From positions 1,760,001-1,824,000 of the forward strand of contig CBDATQ010000001.1 in NCBI GenBank assembly GCA_965199955.1: a stretch of DNA of 64,000 nucleotides. The letters are read 5' to 3'. How positions within the stretch are numbered: the first letter of the stretch is position 1; the number at the start of each line of letters is the position of its first letter. The stretch comes from Spirochaetia bacterium. GTDB lineage: Bacteria > Spirochaetota > Spirochaetia > SZUA-6 > Bin103. Shown here piece after piece: positions 38,875 to 52,202 of this stretch. The position numbers and the translations under genes were made by a program. The notes beneath the pieces were generated by a model, which was not told the DNA's origin, made no database searches, and was given only the letters and a program-made list of their open reading frames with translations.

Positions 38875-40628
38875 GCCGCCGCCTCCCGGCGATAGCGGAT
38901 CGACAGCTCCAGCTCGCGCAGGTACACGGCCGGCTGCACCTGTCGGTTCTTGTGCGTCAGTTCGATCGTGAACATGTTCACCCCACGCCGCGGTGTGCGG
39001 CGGCGCAGATCATAGACCAGATCGACGAAGGCGCTGTTGGGGCCGGTCGGCGCGCCCGGCTGCAGGGTCGGGGCGTCGCGCAGTTGGTCGATGGCGATGC
39101 CGTTGAGCCGCACGGCCAGACCGTCCACCGGCGTCAGGTTCACCAGCAACAAGTGCAGGCGCACCTCCGTCAATTCGGCGGCCGGGATCTCCTCCAGCGC
39201 GTCGGCCACCTTGAGCTGCAGCTCGACCGGTTCCCCCTCCGCCAGCACCAGCGGTAGCGACGCCGGCTGCGCCAGGTGCGCGTCCGGGTGTCCGACGCCG
39301 CCGCCGGGAACCTCGAAGTCCAGGCAATACAGCTTGTCGCGGCGCTCCAGCGCGTCGGCCGAGCGCCCGTCCCGCAGGATCGCTCCGTCGAGGTGGCGGC
39401 CGTGGCGGGCGACCTGGTCCCACAGGTTGAACACGTAGATGCCGTGGGCCCCGTCCAGGTAGGCGTTGGCGGCCAGCGCGCGCCACAGGTTGACCGGCAT
39501 CCCCTCCGGCACGCCGCGCTTGCCCTCGCGATTGTGCCGGCTCTCCTTGAGCACGCCGTAGTCGGCATCCGACTCCGTCCCATCCGGATCAGGCAGCCGG
39601 TCCTCGTCCTGCAGCGCGCGGGTCTGTTCCCAGGTCTGGTTGGGCATCACGGTGTCCACGCCGGCCAGCACCTGGCAGCGCGTGCCGCGGCTGACGGCGG
39701 CCAGCGGGCGCAGGTCGGTCTCGAACTTGTTGGTGCGCGTGGGACTGGGGATCAGCACGTCGAGCAGACCGTCGCTCACCCAGGTCTCCACGTCGAGGCC
39801 GATGGCGTCGCAGCCGCCCAGGGCGGTGGGGCAGCGGGCCGCCATGCCCAGGTGCCGGCCGCGGCGGCGCCCGGCCTCGTCCAGGACCACGCGCACCTCG
39901 CGCACGAAAGCGGTCATGAGCGGGCGGCCGGCGGCGACCCGGGCAGGGTGGAAGAAGAACGGGTTGCGCATGAAGTCGAGCTCCACTCCGTCGACCTCGA
40001 AGCGGGAAGCGATGTCGGTGATGATCGACACCCACCAGGCCCTGACCTCAGGTTGCGCGTAGTCGAGCAGATCGGCGGAGAACACGCTGCCCGGCCAGTT
40101 CCGGCCGATGCGGTACTCGGGATGGCGGCGCCAGAGCTCCGAGGTGAGCGGGCTGGCCTCCGCGCCGCGCTGATGGTTCCACAACTGGTCGGGATGGGGT
40201 ATGCCGAAGTCGACCGCTCCCGGCGCCGGTGCGTCCACGGGCGGCGGGAAGGCGAAGTGGCCGTCGTTCATGCGCAGCGACGCGTACAGGTGCATCCCGT
40301 GGCGGTGGCAGCGCCCGCACACGAGAGCCAGCGGCTCCTGGCCCGCGGCGCGCAGGCTGCGCAGCGTGGTGTGCGCCATCCACTCCTGCACGGTGGGGAA
40401 CACCTGCTGCCCGGTATCCAGGTCCTCGGCCACGCCGGAGCCGTACCAGAAGCGGGTGTTGCCGGCGCCCCAGCACAAGAGGTCGGCGCCGGCCATGCGG
40501 TCCACGGCGGCGCGCAGGAACCCTTCAGCGCTCAGCGGCACCTGCCGGTACTGCCAGAGCGATGCGCCGTCGTCGTTGACGGCTACCCGGTAGCGTCGCC
40601 CGACCCCGGTTGGGGCGGCGTCTGCCAC
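38871..40628 (-). CDS. GHL10-like TIM-barrel glycosyl hydrolase
   Basis: VNDDG, SLRMNDGH, LDYAQPEVR, VDGVELDFMR, GIYVFN. Confidence 0.65.
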   Translation of the reverse strand: MADAAPTGVGRRYRVAVNDDGASLWQYRQVPLSAEGFLRAAVDRMAGADLLCWGAGNTRFWYGSGVAEDLDTGQQVFPTVQEWMAHTTLRSLRAAGQEPLALVCGRCHRHGMHLYASLRMNDGHFAFPPPVDAPAPGAVDFGIPHPDQLWNHQRGAEASPLTSELWRRHPEYRIGRNWPGSVFSADLLDYAQPEVRAWWVSIITDIASRFEVDGVELDFMRNPFFFHPARVAAGRPLMTAFVREVRVVLDEAGRRRGRHLGMAARCPTALGGCDAIGLDVETWVSDGLLDVLIPSPTRTNKFETDLRPLAAVSRGTRCQVLAGVDTVMPNQTWEQTRALQDEDRLPDPDGTESDADYGVLKESRHNREGKRGVPEGMPVNLWRALAANAYLDGAHGIYVFNLWDQVARHGRHLDGAILRDGRSADALERRDKLYCLDFEVPGGGVGHPDAHLAQPASLPLVLAEGEPVELQLKVADALEEIPAAELTEVRLHLLLVNLTPVDGLAVRLNGIAIDQLRDAPTLQPGAPTGPNSAFVDLVYDLRRRTPRRGVNMFTIELTHKNRQVQPAVYLRELELSIRYRREAAA

Positions 40629-40636
40629 GCTGCGGC

Positions 40637-41801
40637 TCAGTCGAGCGAGAACAGGGCCGCTTCGATGTAGCGTACGGTGTCGCCCGGATCGCTCCAGTAG
40701 TAGACGCTGATGATGCGGCCGTCGGCGAGCTGGACCGTGCACGGCTCGCCGATGTCGGAGTAGGGCTCTTCGAACACCGAACCGTCGTGTGCCCAGGCCT
40801 GCAGCATCGGGCGCGAGCCGGGGATGTGCTCGCCGTCGCGCACCGACCACCCTTCGTGGTCGCTCCAGGTGCGCCCGTCGTCGTCGCTCACCGCCACGCG
40901 CATGCTGGGGATGTGGCGGTCGCTCCACGTGAACAGCAGGCGCCCGTCCTGCAGCCGGATGGTGCTGGTGGCGGAGCCGGTCACCCGGAACGGCAGCGAC
41001 TCCAACTCGCTCCAGGTGCGCCCGGCGTCCTGCGATCGGGCAAGCCACGCGTTCACTTCCCGCGCTTCTCGGCCGTCCGGCAGGTCGATGAACTCCTCCG
41101 AGTGCATGACCGCCAGAATCTCTCCGTCCGGCAGCGGCACCAGCGACGCCTGGTGATAGCGCCGCCTTCCGCGCGGGTCGAGGGCCACGATCGAGCCGTC
41201 GCCCCAGGTCAGCCCGCGGTCATGGGAGCGCACCACGCACTGCGGGTGCTGCTGCGGCGCGGCGGGATCGGAGCCCAGGCTGCCGCACAGGGGCGCCAGC
41301 AGGGTGCCGTCGGCCAGTTCGATCATCGGCGCGTGAATGGCCGAGTGGCTGAGCGGCGACGGGGTCAGTGGCGTCGGCTCGTCCCAGGTGCGGCCGCCAT
41401 CGCGTGATCGGCGCGCGAAGTCGATGTAGCTCCGCTCCGCGCTCCAGCCGGCGCCGTCCTGCAGGACGGCCGTCTTCGGCTGCGTCTGCAGGACGTTGAG
41501 GGCGTAGATGAACAGCACCAGACCGCCGCTGGCCGCGCTCGCCGAGCACTGCTCCATGGGGAAGGTGTCGGTGAGGTGCTGGCAGCCGGACAGCGGCCAG
41601 GTCAGTCCGCCGTCACTCGAGCGGATCAGCGATCCCCGGCAGTCCGGCTCCGAGTGATTGTGACCGGCTCCCTTCTCGGGCGGCCCGTAGCGGGCCTCGC
41701 GGAACGATACCAGCAGATCTCCGTCGGCCAGCCGGGCGATCTCCGGGAACGCGGCGTTCCACTCGCGTGCGGGGTCTCGATACACGGTGACGTGTTGCAG
41801 A

Positions 41802-41812
<11 letters not shown>
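40637..41812 (-). CDS. Asp-box (BNR) sialidase-like protein
   Basis: AFPEIARL, SSDGGLTW, SRDGGRTW, SHDRGLTW, SDDDGRTW; RBS GAGGAG. Confidence 0.75.
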
Positions 41813-43863
<2,051 letters not shown>

Positions 43864-43875
43864 CGCCGATAACCA

Positions 43876-45024
43876 TCAGTTGTAGGGATCCGCGGCGTCC
43901 CGCAGCCCGTCTCCGAGGAAGTTGAAGGCGGCCACGGTCAGGATGATTACCACTCCCGGCAGCATGATCCAGGTCGACAGCAGGATGGCGTTGAGGTTCT
44001 GAGCCTCGTTGATCAGCAGTCCCAGGCTGGTCAGCGGCGGCTGGATCCCCAGGCCCAGGAAGCTGATCGCGCTCTCGCCCAGGATCATCCCCGGCAGGGC
44101 GATGGTGCTGACCACGATCAGGTGGCTCATCACGTTGGGCACCACGTGCTTGCGCATGATGAAGCGGGCGTCGGCACCGCCGGCGACGGAGGCGCGGATG
44201 TAGTCGCGCTCGCGGATGCTCAGCACCATCCCGCGGATCTGGCGCGCCAAGCCGGTCCAGCCGATCAGCGCCAGCACCGACACGATGCCGAAGAACCGCC
44301 AGGTCGAGGGCCAGTCCGGCGGCAGGATGGCGGCAAGAGCCAGCCACAGCGGCAGGGTGGGGATGGAGCTGATCATCTCGATGAGGCGCTGGATGAGCAT
44401 GTCCGTGCGGCCGCCGTAATACCCGGAGATGGTGCCGATGATCACGCCGAGCAGGGTGCTCAGGGCGACGCCGAACACGCCCACGCTCAGCGTGATGCGC
44501 CCGCCGTAGATGATGCGGCTCAGCATGTCCCGGCCGCGGTAGTCGGTGCCCAGCAGGTTGATGTGGGCGCCTTCGCCCTCGACGCCGAACAGCTTGGTGC
44601 GCAGGCGCTGCGCGCCGATGCCGAACTGGGCGCGAGGCCGTTTCACGAAGAAGCGGATGGGGTGGCGGGCTGATTCATCCCGTTCATAGACGAGCTGGAA
44701 GTCCTGGTTGACGGCCTGCTTCGTGCCGTACACGAACGGGCGCTGCAGCCGGCCCTCGGGATCGAAGAACTGAATGGGCTGCGGCCGCATGTACACGCGC
44801 TCCGAGGACTCCGACGGAGGATACGGCGCGAAGAAGCCGGCGAAGATGTAGACCGTGTAGCTGAGCGTCAGGAATGCCAGGGCCACGAGGGCCAGCTTGT
44901 GCTGGCGGAACTTCCGCCACGCCAGGGTGCGTCCCGTCACCCGCTTGGCGCGTCGCGCCGGCGCCTGCTCCGCCGTCCGCGGCTCCGTCGTTGCCACCGG
45001 CGTTTCCCGTGCGGGGCTCCTCAC
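43876..45024 (-). CDS. Opp/Dpp-type ABC permease (OppC-like)
   Basis: LGTDYRGRDMLSR, ESAISFLGLG, FNFLGDGLRDA.DP. Confidence 0.9.
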   Translation of the reverse strand: MRSPARETPVATTEPRTAEQAPARRAKRVTGRTLAWRKFRQHKLALVALAFLTLSYTVYIFAGFFAPYPPSESSERVYMRPQPIQFFDPEGRLQRPFVYGTKQAVNQDFQLVYERDESARHPIRFFVKRPRAQFGIGAQRLRTKLFGVEGEGAHINLLGTDYRGRDMLSRIIYGGRITLSVGVFGVALSTLLGVIIGTISGYYGGRTDMLIQRLIEMISSIPTLPLWLALAAILPPDWPSTWRFFGIVSVLALIGWTGLARQIRGMVLSIRERDYIRASVAGGADARFIMRKHVVPNVMSHLIVVSTIALPGMILGESAISFLGLGIQPPLTSLGLLINEAQNLNAILLSTWIMLPGVVIILTVAAFNFLGDGLRDAADPYN

Positions 45025-45038
45025 CTACTCGAATCCGC

Positions 45039-46043
45039 CTATTCGAATCTGACCGTGGGGTCGAGCCACGCCAGCACGATGTCGGCCAGCAATGTGCCAA
45101 CTTGCAGCAGGATCGTGGCCATCAGCAGGAAGGTGCCGGCGACATAGCTGTCCTGATGGGTCAGGCCCTGGTAGAACATCAGGCCGACGGTGGGCAGCAC
45201 CAGCACGATGCTGATGATGGTGTCGCCCGAGATCAGTTCCGACAGGGTGTTGCTCATTCCCATCACCCAGGGGTGGAGGGCATTTCTGAGGGCATGGCGG
45301 TACACCACCAGCCGCTCCGGCAGTCCCTTGGCGCGCGCCGTCTGCACGTAGGGCTGGTTGAGCTTGTCCAGCAGGTTGCCGCGGATGATGCGCATGCCGG
45401 CGCCGGCACCGGTGACCAGCCCGACGGCCAGCGGAATGCTGAGGTGCTTGAGCAGATCGATCAGCTTGCCGAAGCTCCATTCGGCGGCCACATAATTGGA
45501 CGAGAACAGGCCGCCTACCTCCTGGCCGAAGACGAACACCATGACCGTCATGAAGATCAGAGCCAGGAAGAATCCGGGCGTCGCCATGCCCAGAAAAGCC
45601 ACGACATTGGCGACGTAGTCGAACAGCGAGTACTGGTGGCGGGCGGAGTAGATCCCCAGCGTGAAGCTGGCGGTCAGGCCCACCATCAGCCCCAGCACGC
45701 TCATCAGGATCGTCCAGCCCATGCGCTCCAGGATCAGCGTGTGCACCGGCCGCGCCACCTGGAACGAGTAGCCGAAGTCGCCGCGGGTGACGATGTTGAA
45801 CATCCAGGCGGCGTAGCGCGCCAGGACCGGACGGTCCAGTCCGTACTGGACCCGCAGTTCTCCCAGAGCCCTGAGCTGGGCCTCCTTCTCCGCCTCCGAC
45901 ATGTTCAGGTTGGCGCGTATGCTCGACTCGTAGACGCTGACGAAGTCGCCCGGCGCCAGGTCGATCACCAGGAAGCAGACGAACGACAGCACCAGGGTCA
46001 CCGGCAGCATGTAGATCAGACGCCGGACGATGTAGCGCGCCAT
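45039..46043 (-). CDS. Opp/Dpp-type ABC permease (OppB-like)
   Basis: YIVRRL, GDFGYS, TARAKGL, HALRNA, LDP. Confidence 0.9.
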   Translation of the reverse strand: MARYIVRRLIYMLPVTLVLSFVCFLVIDLAPGDFVSVYESSIRANLNMSEAEKEAQLRALGELRVQYGLDRPVLARYAAWMFNIVTRGDFGYSFQVARPVHTLILERMGWTILMSVLGLMVGLTASFTLGIYSARHQYSLFDYVANVVAFLGMATPGFFLALIFMTVMVFVFGQEVGGLFSSNYVAAEWSFGKLIDLLKHLSIPLAVGLVTGAGAGMRIIRGNLLDKLNQPYVQTARAKGLPERLVVYRHALRNALHPWVMGMSNTLSELISGDTIISIVLVLPTVGLMFYQGLTHQDSYVAGTFLLMATILLQVGTLLADIVLAWLDPTVRFE

Positions 46044-46056
46044 GTTGTGCTTAGAA

Positions 46057-46083
46057 GCGGTGGGGGCGAGGTGCCCCCACCGC
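46057..46083 (-). terminator. 11-bp GC hairpin between binding-protein and permease genes
   Basis: GCGGTGGGGGC-GAGGT-GCCCCCACCGC. Confidence 0.55.
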
Positions 46084-46105
46084 CGATAGACGACTTAGCA
46101 GAGGG

Positions 46106-48090
46106 TTACTTGATCTCGAACCACTGCCACATGCGCATCGCGATGTACTGATCCCAGCTCTGCCGCATGATGCCGCCGGCCTTGAGCTCCGGCACGTAGA
46201 AGTACGGAACGTTGCCGAGCGTGTTGTCCACGACCACGGTCTCGGTCACGCCGCCGCGGGCGAACGCCTGCCGCGGCGCGTTGGCCGCGCCCCAGGCGAC
46301 GAACTGGTCCATCGCCGTCTCCAGATCCAGGTCGCCTGCGAAGTAGGCGTCGCGGATCTTCATGCCCTCGACCTGCCAGTCGAACAGCTCCGTCGACTTG
46401 GTGCGCGGCAGCATCGGGTTGGGGTCGCCGTCGTTCTCGGGATACAGGCCGCCGCCGTTGCGCAGCGTGGACTCGAAGCCGGCCTGGTTGCTCCAGCCGC
46501 CCCACAGGAACGAGCTGTTGCCGCGCATCTCGTACTCGCCGGTCACGACCAGGGTCTCGTTCATCACCACTTCGTTCATCGGGTTGACCGCAACCTTGAA
46601 GCCCATCTGGTTGAACTGCTCACCGGCGCCCTCGATCCAGCGTACGCGCATCCAGTCATGGGACGGCGCGACGATCAGCCACTCGATGTTCTTGCCCGCC
46701 TGGGGCGACCCGGCCGGGTACTCGCGATAGCCGTCGCCGTCCGAGTCCATCAGGCCCAGCTCGTCGAACACCGCTGCCGCAGCGTCACGGTCGAAGGTCT
46801 CCACGTGGCTGTCCGCGTACTGCGGATACGCCGCGAGCATGGCCGGCGAATGCAGCGGCTTGTAGGCCGGACAGACGATGCAGGTGTGCATGCCCATCGC
46901 GTCGGTGTCCAGGCCCGTGCTCAGCGCCATGACGAAGTCGGGATTCTGAAACAGCTCCCGCAGGCCGTCCTCGGGGGTGTCCAGGTTGAGGCGCAGGCCC
47001 TGGTAGATGCCCACCTTGCTCAGGGGCAGCAGGCTGTAGTTGCCGCGCTCCTCGTTCTGGCGGATGACGCCCGCCTCCTGGGTGCTGGCCTTGGTGAAGT
47101 CGTCCCACAGCTCGTCGGACGCCAGGCCCAGCGCGATGTCGGAACCGTTGGTCTGGTACTTCATCACCACGGTGTCGAAGTACGGAAGCTGCTGCCCCTC
47201 GGCGTCCACCTTCCAGTAGTAGGGGTTGCGCTCGAAGATCAGCTTGTCGCCGACCACGTCGACGGGCTGGAACGCGCTGAGGACCGGCGGCCGGTCACGC
47301 GGAAAGCGCGCCGAGTTCCAGTCCTCCATGGTGGCTTCCGAGTTGTACGCGGGATGCAGCTTCTCCATCTGGTGCTTGGGCAGCCAGGGGATGGAGACCG
47401 ACGGCCAGATGGCCGGCGAGAAGAACATCGGGACGATCTCCGGGAACGAGTTCTTCATCGTCACCTTGAAGGTGTACTTGTCGATCTTCTCGAACTCGGG
47501 AACGCCGCCGGCGCCGGCCAGAATGCCGCCCTCGGCGAAGTACAGGCCCTCGATGTTCGGGATCTGGGTGCTGGCGATCACGCCGCCGCGCACCACGTCG
47601 TCCCAGGTGAACATGATGTCGTCGACCGTGAACTCCACGCCGTCCGACCACTTCACGCCGGGGCGCAGGTGGAAGATGACTTCCTTGCCGTCCTCGGAGA
47701 TCTCCCAGCTCTCGGCCAGGTTGGGCTCGATGCTGATGTCCGGATGGATGCCGGAGGGATGGCCGATGGTCTCATCGACCTTCCACTGCACGAGCTGCTC
47801 CTGCCAGTGCAGGACGCTGCGGGCGTGCTGACCGGTGACCCAGTAGTTGACCGGCAGGTCAAGGTCGGACTCGTGCGGCAGGGTCATCACCGTGGTGGTG
47901 TAGGTGCCGATCTCAGGGGCGTCGACGTTGACGTACGGATTGGGCGGGAGGCGCTCCTCTACGGGAGGCAGCTCACCGGCCGCGACCTTCGCCGCGAGTA
48001 CCGGCGATTCCGAGTACTGCTGGCTGACGCGGCCCATGGCAGCGCAAGCGCCACCGCCGCGAGCACAGCGTACGTAACGATTCGCTTCAT
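46106..48090 (-). CDS. Family-5 ABC substrate-binding protein, with an apparent 1-nt frameshift near 48022 after the signal peptide
   Basis: GELPPVEERLP, PNLAESW, LRPGVKWSDG, ERNPYYWKVD..GQQLPY; RBS plus signal peptide MKRIVTYAVLAAVALALPWAASA lies in another frame. Confidence 0.85.
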
Positions 48091-48383
48091 TTCGTGCTCC
48101 TTGGGAGGGGTTGATCGGCCACTGACGGCGGCCGGCGGCAGGGTAGCAACCGAGCGGCCGTACGCGCAACAGGAAGCCCCAGGCGGCGTGCTTTCCCCGA
48201 TGCGACTACAGCGCGCGGCCCAGGTCACGGCGCCGGCCAGCAGGACGTCGACCATCACCGTCCAGCGGAGCGGGACAGACGTGAGGGTAGGTCGTGTCAC
48301 GTCAGGTCAATGAAGCAAGGCCGCCGGACCGGCATAGCCGGCCGACGGCCCCATGACGCCCAACGCGTCTGTTGCTACGGGAT

Positions 48384-49892
48384 TTACTTCGTCCGCGCGT
48401 AGGCGGCGTTGTAGATGTCCTCGAGCTGCTTGACTCCGATGCGCTCCAACTGCGCCGTGAAGTCGCCCCACTCGCTCATCGCGCGGCTGCCGCGGATGAA
48501 GGTGGCGGCCCCTTCCAGGGCGGCGGCGTCGGCGTCGGCCTTGATCTGCTTGATCTGGTCGAGCTCGTCCGCGGTGAAGGTGAGCACCGGCTCCGGCGGC
48601 CGCACCGAGTCGTTGCTGAGGTAGAAGTCGGCCACCTCGTCGGTGAAGACCTTCTCCGGCACGCTGCCGGCCTTGCTCGGGTTCAGCTCCCACAGGGAGT
48701 GCACGACGTTGTAGCGGAAGAAGTGGAAGCCCTGCGCCCACATCCACTCCGTGCGACCGCCCTCCGGGAAGTGCGCGTAGTAGCCGTAGCCCAGGTCGTC
48801 CAGCTCGCTGGTCACGCCGACCTCGCCGAAGTAGATGTAGTAGACGCCCTCGTCGCTGTAGAGCCAGTCGATCAGCGCGGCCGCGTTCTCGGCGACCTCG
48901 GTCTTGGCGCCCAGCGCCCACCTGGCCGCGTCCAGCACGCGCGGGTTCTGGATCGTCGACCAGTAGCGCGTGCCGTTGAACTCCGGCGCCAGGATCGGGA
49001 TCCACCACGTGTCGGGATCTGCGCGGTCGGTGCCCTGCCATGAGATCTGGCTGTATGGGCCAGTCGTGAAGTAGGCCTTGCCCTGCGACATGATCTCGCG
49101 CCACGGGTCCTCGGTCATGGACATGAAGTCGGGATGCATGACCCCGGCGGCCCAGGCCTGCCTGAGGATCTCGATCATGCCGCGGTAGTTGTCCTCGAGC
49201 TCGCCGTAGGTCCAGCGGTCGGTCTCCGGATTGAGGTACACGGAGTGGTTGGTGCCGAACATCACGTGGTAGCCGTCGCGGATCCCGCGGCGGGTGACCC
49301 ACGGATGGTTTTCCGGCCACCGGGCCTTGAACTGGCCCAGCACGTCCAACAGGTCCTGCATGGTCTGGATGTCGGCCTGCGGATCGACGCCCAGCTCGTG
49401 CACGGCCGGCGAGATCGACGGCGCGCGGCGGAGCTGCGTGTAGTTGTACACCGACGTGGTCGCGTACTGGTGCCCGTCGGGGGCGGTCATGGCAGAGTCG
49501 TACTCCGGGTACTTCTCCCGCCACGTGCTCAGGTTGGGCATCATGTCGAACAGCGTGTCGATCGCGTACAGCGCGCCCTTGGTGCCGAAGTCCATGGCCT
49601 CCAGGCGATTGAAGCTGTTCCACATCAGGTCGGGCAGGTCGCCGCTCGCGACCAGGGTCTTGGCCTTCTGCGCGTCGCCGGTGACCAGCTCGATCTCGGC
49701 GCCGGCGACCTCCGCGAACTTCGCAACGACGAGGGTCTCCGGAGACCAGTCGGGATTGCGGTCCCAGTAGTTCGCGTAGATCTGCATCGTCGGCGGACCC
49801 GTCGCCATGCCCTCCTCTTCGCCGGATCCGAACACCGGCGTCACGGACAGGGCCAGAATCGCCGCGGCGGCGATCAGCAAGGTTGTCTTCAT
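48384..49892 (-). CDS. Carbohydrate ABC substrate-binding protein (LplA-like)
   Basis: Signal peptide MKTTLLIAAAAILALSVTPVFGSGEEEG; ASGDLPD, APDGHQY, DWLYSDEG. Confidence 0.85.
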   Translation of the reverse strand: MKTTLLIAAAAILALSVTPVFGSGEEEGMATGPPTMQIYANYWDRNPDWSPETLVVAKFAEVAGAEIELVTGDAQKAKTLVASGDLPDLMWNSFNRLEAMDFGTKGALYAIDTLFDMMPNLSTWREKYPEYDSAMTAPDGHQYATTSVYNYTQLRRAPSISPAVHELGVDPQADIQTMQDLLDVLGQFKARWPENHPWVTRRGIRDGYHVMFGTNHSVYLNPETDRWTYGELEDNYRGMIEILRQAWAAGVMHPDFMSMTEDPWREIMSQGKAYFTTGPYSQISWQGTDRADPDTWWIPILAPEFNGTRYWSTIQNPRVLDAARWALGAKTEVAENAAALIDWLYSDEGVYYIYFGEVGVTSELDDLGYGYYAHFPEGGRTEWMWAQGFHFFRYNVVHSLWELNPSKAGSVPEKVFTDEVADFYLSNDSVRPPEPVLTFTADELDQIKQIKADADAAALEGAATFIRGSRAMSEWGDFTAQLERIGVKQLEDIYNAAYARTK

Positions 49893-49966
49893 CACGTGCC
49901 TCCTTCTGCGCTCCCGCGCAGGTCTGGTACGCCGAGCCTCGGCGTATTCGATTACGGTGTCAACGG

Positions 49967-50884
49967 TCAGTCCTTGACCGACCCGACCAGGATCCCCTTC
50001 ACGAAGTACTTCTGCACGAACGGGTAGGCGACGATGACCGGCCATACCGTGACCACGACCGCCGCGAACTTGAACGACTTGAAGAAGCCGACGGCGACGA
50101 ACCCCGGCACGCCCTGGTCGTCCCAGAGCTGGGCCATGCCGCCCCCGCTGTACTTGCCGATCTCTCCTTCCAGGACGATGCGCCGGAGGATGAGGGTCAG
50201 CGGGTGCTTGTCGCGGTCGTTGAGGTAGATCAGAGGAAGGAAGAAGTTGTTCCAGCTCCCCACGACCGCGAACAGGCCGATGGTGGCCAGGATCGGCTTG
50301 ATCAGGGGCAGCACGAGCGACACGTAGATCTGCAGGTGGTTGGCGCCGTCGATCAGCGCCGCCTCCTGCAGCTCGCGCGTGACGACGGTGCGGACGTTGG
50401 CGCGCATCACCAGGATGTACCAGGCGCTGAAGCTGGGCAGCAGGATGACGATCAGCCGGGTGTCCACCAGTCCGAGCTGGTTGACCAGCAGGTACGTGGG
50501 GATGAAGTACCCGGGCAGGAATATGGTCAGCACGACGAACACGATCAGCGCCTTGCGGAACGGCAGCGTGCGCTGCTCCAGCACGTAGGCTGCCAGGCTG
50601 GTGACCAGCAGGGTGACGGTGGCCGTGCCGAGCGCGTAGATGATGCTGTTCATATAGCTGGTCAGGATGTTGGTGGCGCCGAGCAGGACGTCGTATGCCG
50701 TGGCCTGCAGCGGCCCGACCGGAAGCAGCTTGACCTGGTTGAAGGTGATCGCCTCGAAGTCGCTCACCGACACCGAGATGACGAACACGAACGGGTACAC
50801 CATGGAGATCATCAGCAGGATGATCGCCGCGTGGTTCGCCACGTCGAACGCCATCGAGCCCGGCGTCGCCTTGTACTTGATCAT
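49967..50884 (-). CDS. Carbohydrate ABC permease (LplC-like)
   Basis: ELQEAALIDGA, LF.VVGSWN, YPFVQKYFVKG. Confidence 0.9.
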   Translation of the reverse strand: MIKYKATPGSMAFDVANHAAIILLMISMVYPFVFVISVSVSDFEAITFNQVKLLPVGPLQATAYDVLLGATNILTSYMNSIIYALGTATVTLLVTSLAAYVLEQRTLPFRKALIVFVVLTIFLPGYFIPTYLLVNQLGLVDTRLIVILLPSFSAWYILVMRANVRTVVTRELQEAALIDGANHLQIYVSLVLPLIKPILATIGLFAVVGSWNNFFLPLIYLNDRDKHPLTLILRRIVLEGEIGKYSGGGMAQLWDDQGVPGFVAVGFFKSFKFAAVVVTVWPVIVAYPFVQKYFVKGILVGSVKD

Positions 50885-50914
50885 CGGGGGTACCTGATCA
50901 CCGGCCTGCCGCCC

Positions 50915-51898
50915 TCACCAGAGTCCATGCTCGTTGACCAGCCGGCTCAGGTAGTTGGCGCCCGCAACCAGCAGCAGTCCGACGATGGCGTTGAACAGCT
51001 CCACGGCACCCGCAAACGCGAAGTCCAGGCCGATGATGCCGCGCCGGTAGACGTAGATCGCGAACACGTCGGAGGTGCTCATGTTCGCCGGGTTCTGCAT
51101 CAGGAACGCCTTGTCGAAGCCGACCTCGATGATGTTCTGCATGCCCAGGATCAACAGGATGGTGATCGTCGGGGCGATGCCCGGCAGCGTCACGTGCCAG
51201 GCGCGGCGCACGCGGTTGGCGCCGTCCAGGTAGGCGGACTCGTACAGCTCCGGGTTGACGCCGCCGAGGGCGGCCAGGTACAGGATCGACCCCCAGCCGA
51301 TCCCCTGCCAGATGCCGGAGCCGATGTACAACGGCCGGAACCAGCGCGGATCGCCCTGGAAGTCGATGGGGTCCAGGTTGAAGAGGCCGAGGAAGTTGTT
51401 GATGTACCCGTCGTGGGAGAACCAGGAGTACATCAGGCCGACCACCACCACCACGGAGATGAAATGGGGGAGGTAGGTGACGGTCTGCGCGAACCGCTTG
51501 AACGGCTGGCTCCTGATCTCGTTCAGCGACAGCGCCAGCAGGATCGGCATGGGGAAGCCGATCACCATCCCCAGGAAGCCGAGCAGGAAGGTATTCCTGA
51601 GCAGGCGCGGGAAGAACGCGCCCGATAGGAAGGAGATGAACCACTTCAGTCCGACCCAGTCCGATCCAAAGAAGCCGTCGACGATGCTGTAGCGCGTGAA
51701 CGGGATGGTCACCGCGCCGATGGCCGGGATGTACTTGAACAGCAGGAAGCCCAGGATCGCCGGCGCGATCATGGCGTAGAGCATCCAGTGGCGGCGCACG
51801 CGCGCCCACAGGTCCCCTTTCGGGCGGGCGACGGCGCGCGCCGGGGCGGTCGCGGGAGCGGCCGGCGCCGAGCTCGCCACTTGACCCTGGTCGCTCAT
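50915..51898 (-). CDS. Carbohydrate ABC permease (LplB-like)
   Basis: WVGLKWF, YLPHFIS, GWGSILYLAAL, ELYESAYLDGA. Confidence 0.9.
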   Translation of the reverse strand: MSDQGQVASSAPAAPATAPARAVARPKGDLWARVRRHWMLYAMIAPAILGFLLFKYIPAIGAVTIPFTRYSIVDGFFGSDWVGLKWFISFLSGAFFPRLLRNTFLLGFLGMVIGFPMPILLALSLNEIRSQPFKRFAQTVTYLPHFISVVVVVGLMYSWFSHDGYINNFLGLFNLDPIDFQGDPRWFRPLYIGSGIWQGIGWGSILYLAALGGVNPELYESAYLDGANRVRRAWHVTLPGIAPTITILLILGMQNIIEVGFDKAFLMQNPANMSTSDVFAIYVYRRGIIGLDFAFAGAVELFNAIVGLLLVAGANYLSRLVNEHGLW

Positions 51899-52202
51899 GG
51901 ATTCCCTGCTGTTCGGATGTGCTACTACGCGCGCGCCCGCCGGTCAACCGGCCGCGCCGCGCCGGCGGTATCCCGAACAGCCGGTTGGTCCCGGGCGCGA
52001 AAGCGGTGCGGAGAAGTGGAGCTAGAGCGTGACACACAGGTGTGTAGATGTAGGATCTGGGCATGAGCGGCACGGCCCCCGTGGAGACGCTGGAGCGGCT
52101 GGTCCGGCGCCCGGTTCACCTCGTCCAGCGCCAGCCACATATCCCTCCAAGGCGTCTGACGGATTGGCGCGCCAGCGTCTCTTTCCCTGTACAGTCACGC
52201 AG

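Noticed and set aside
38871..41048. 725-aa ORF as a fusion overlapping the Asp-box gene
   Set aside because: The first ~140 codons are an off-frame shadow; the plausible start is GTG at 40628
52033..52048. ACACAC-AG-GTGTGT palindrome as an operator for the ABC locus
   Set aside because: Short, single occurrence and no regulator gene nearby; not enough support
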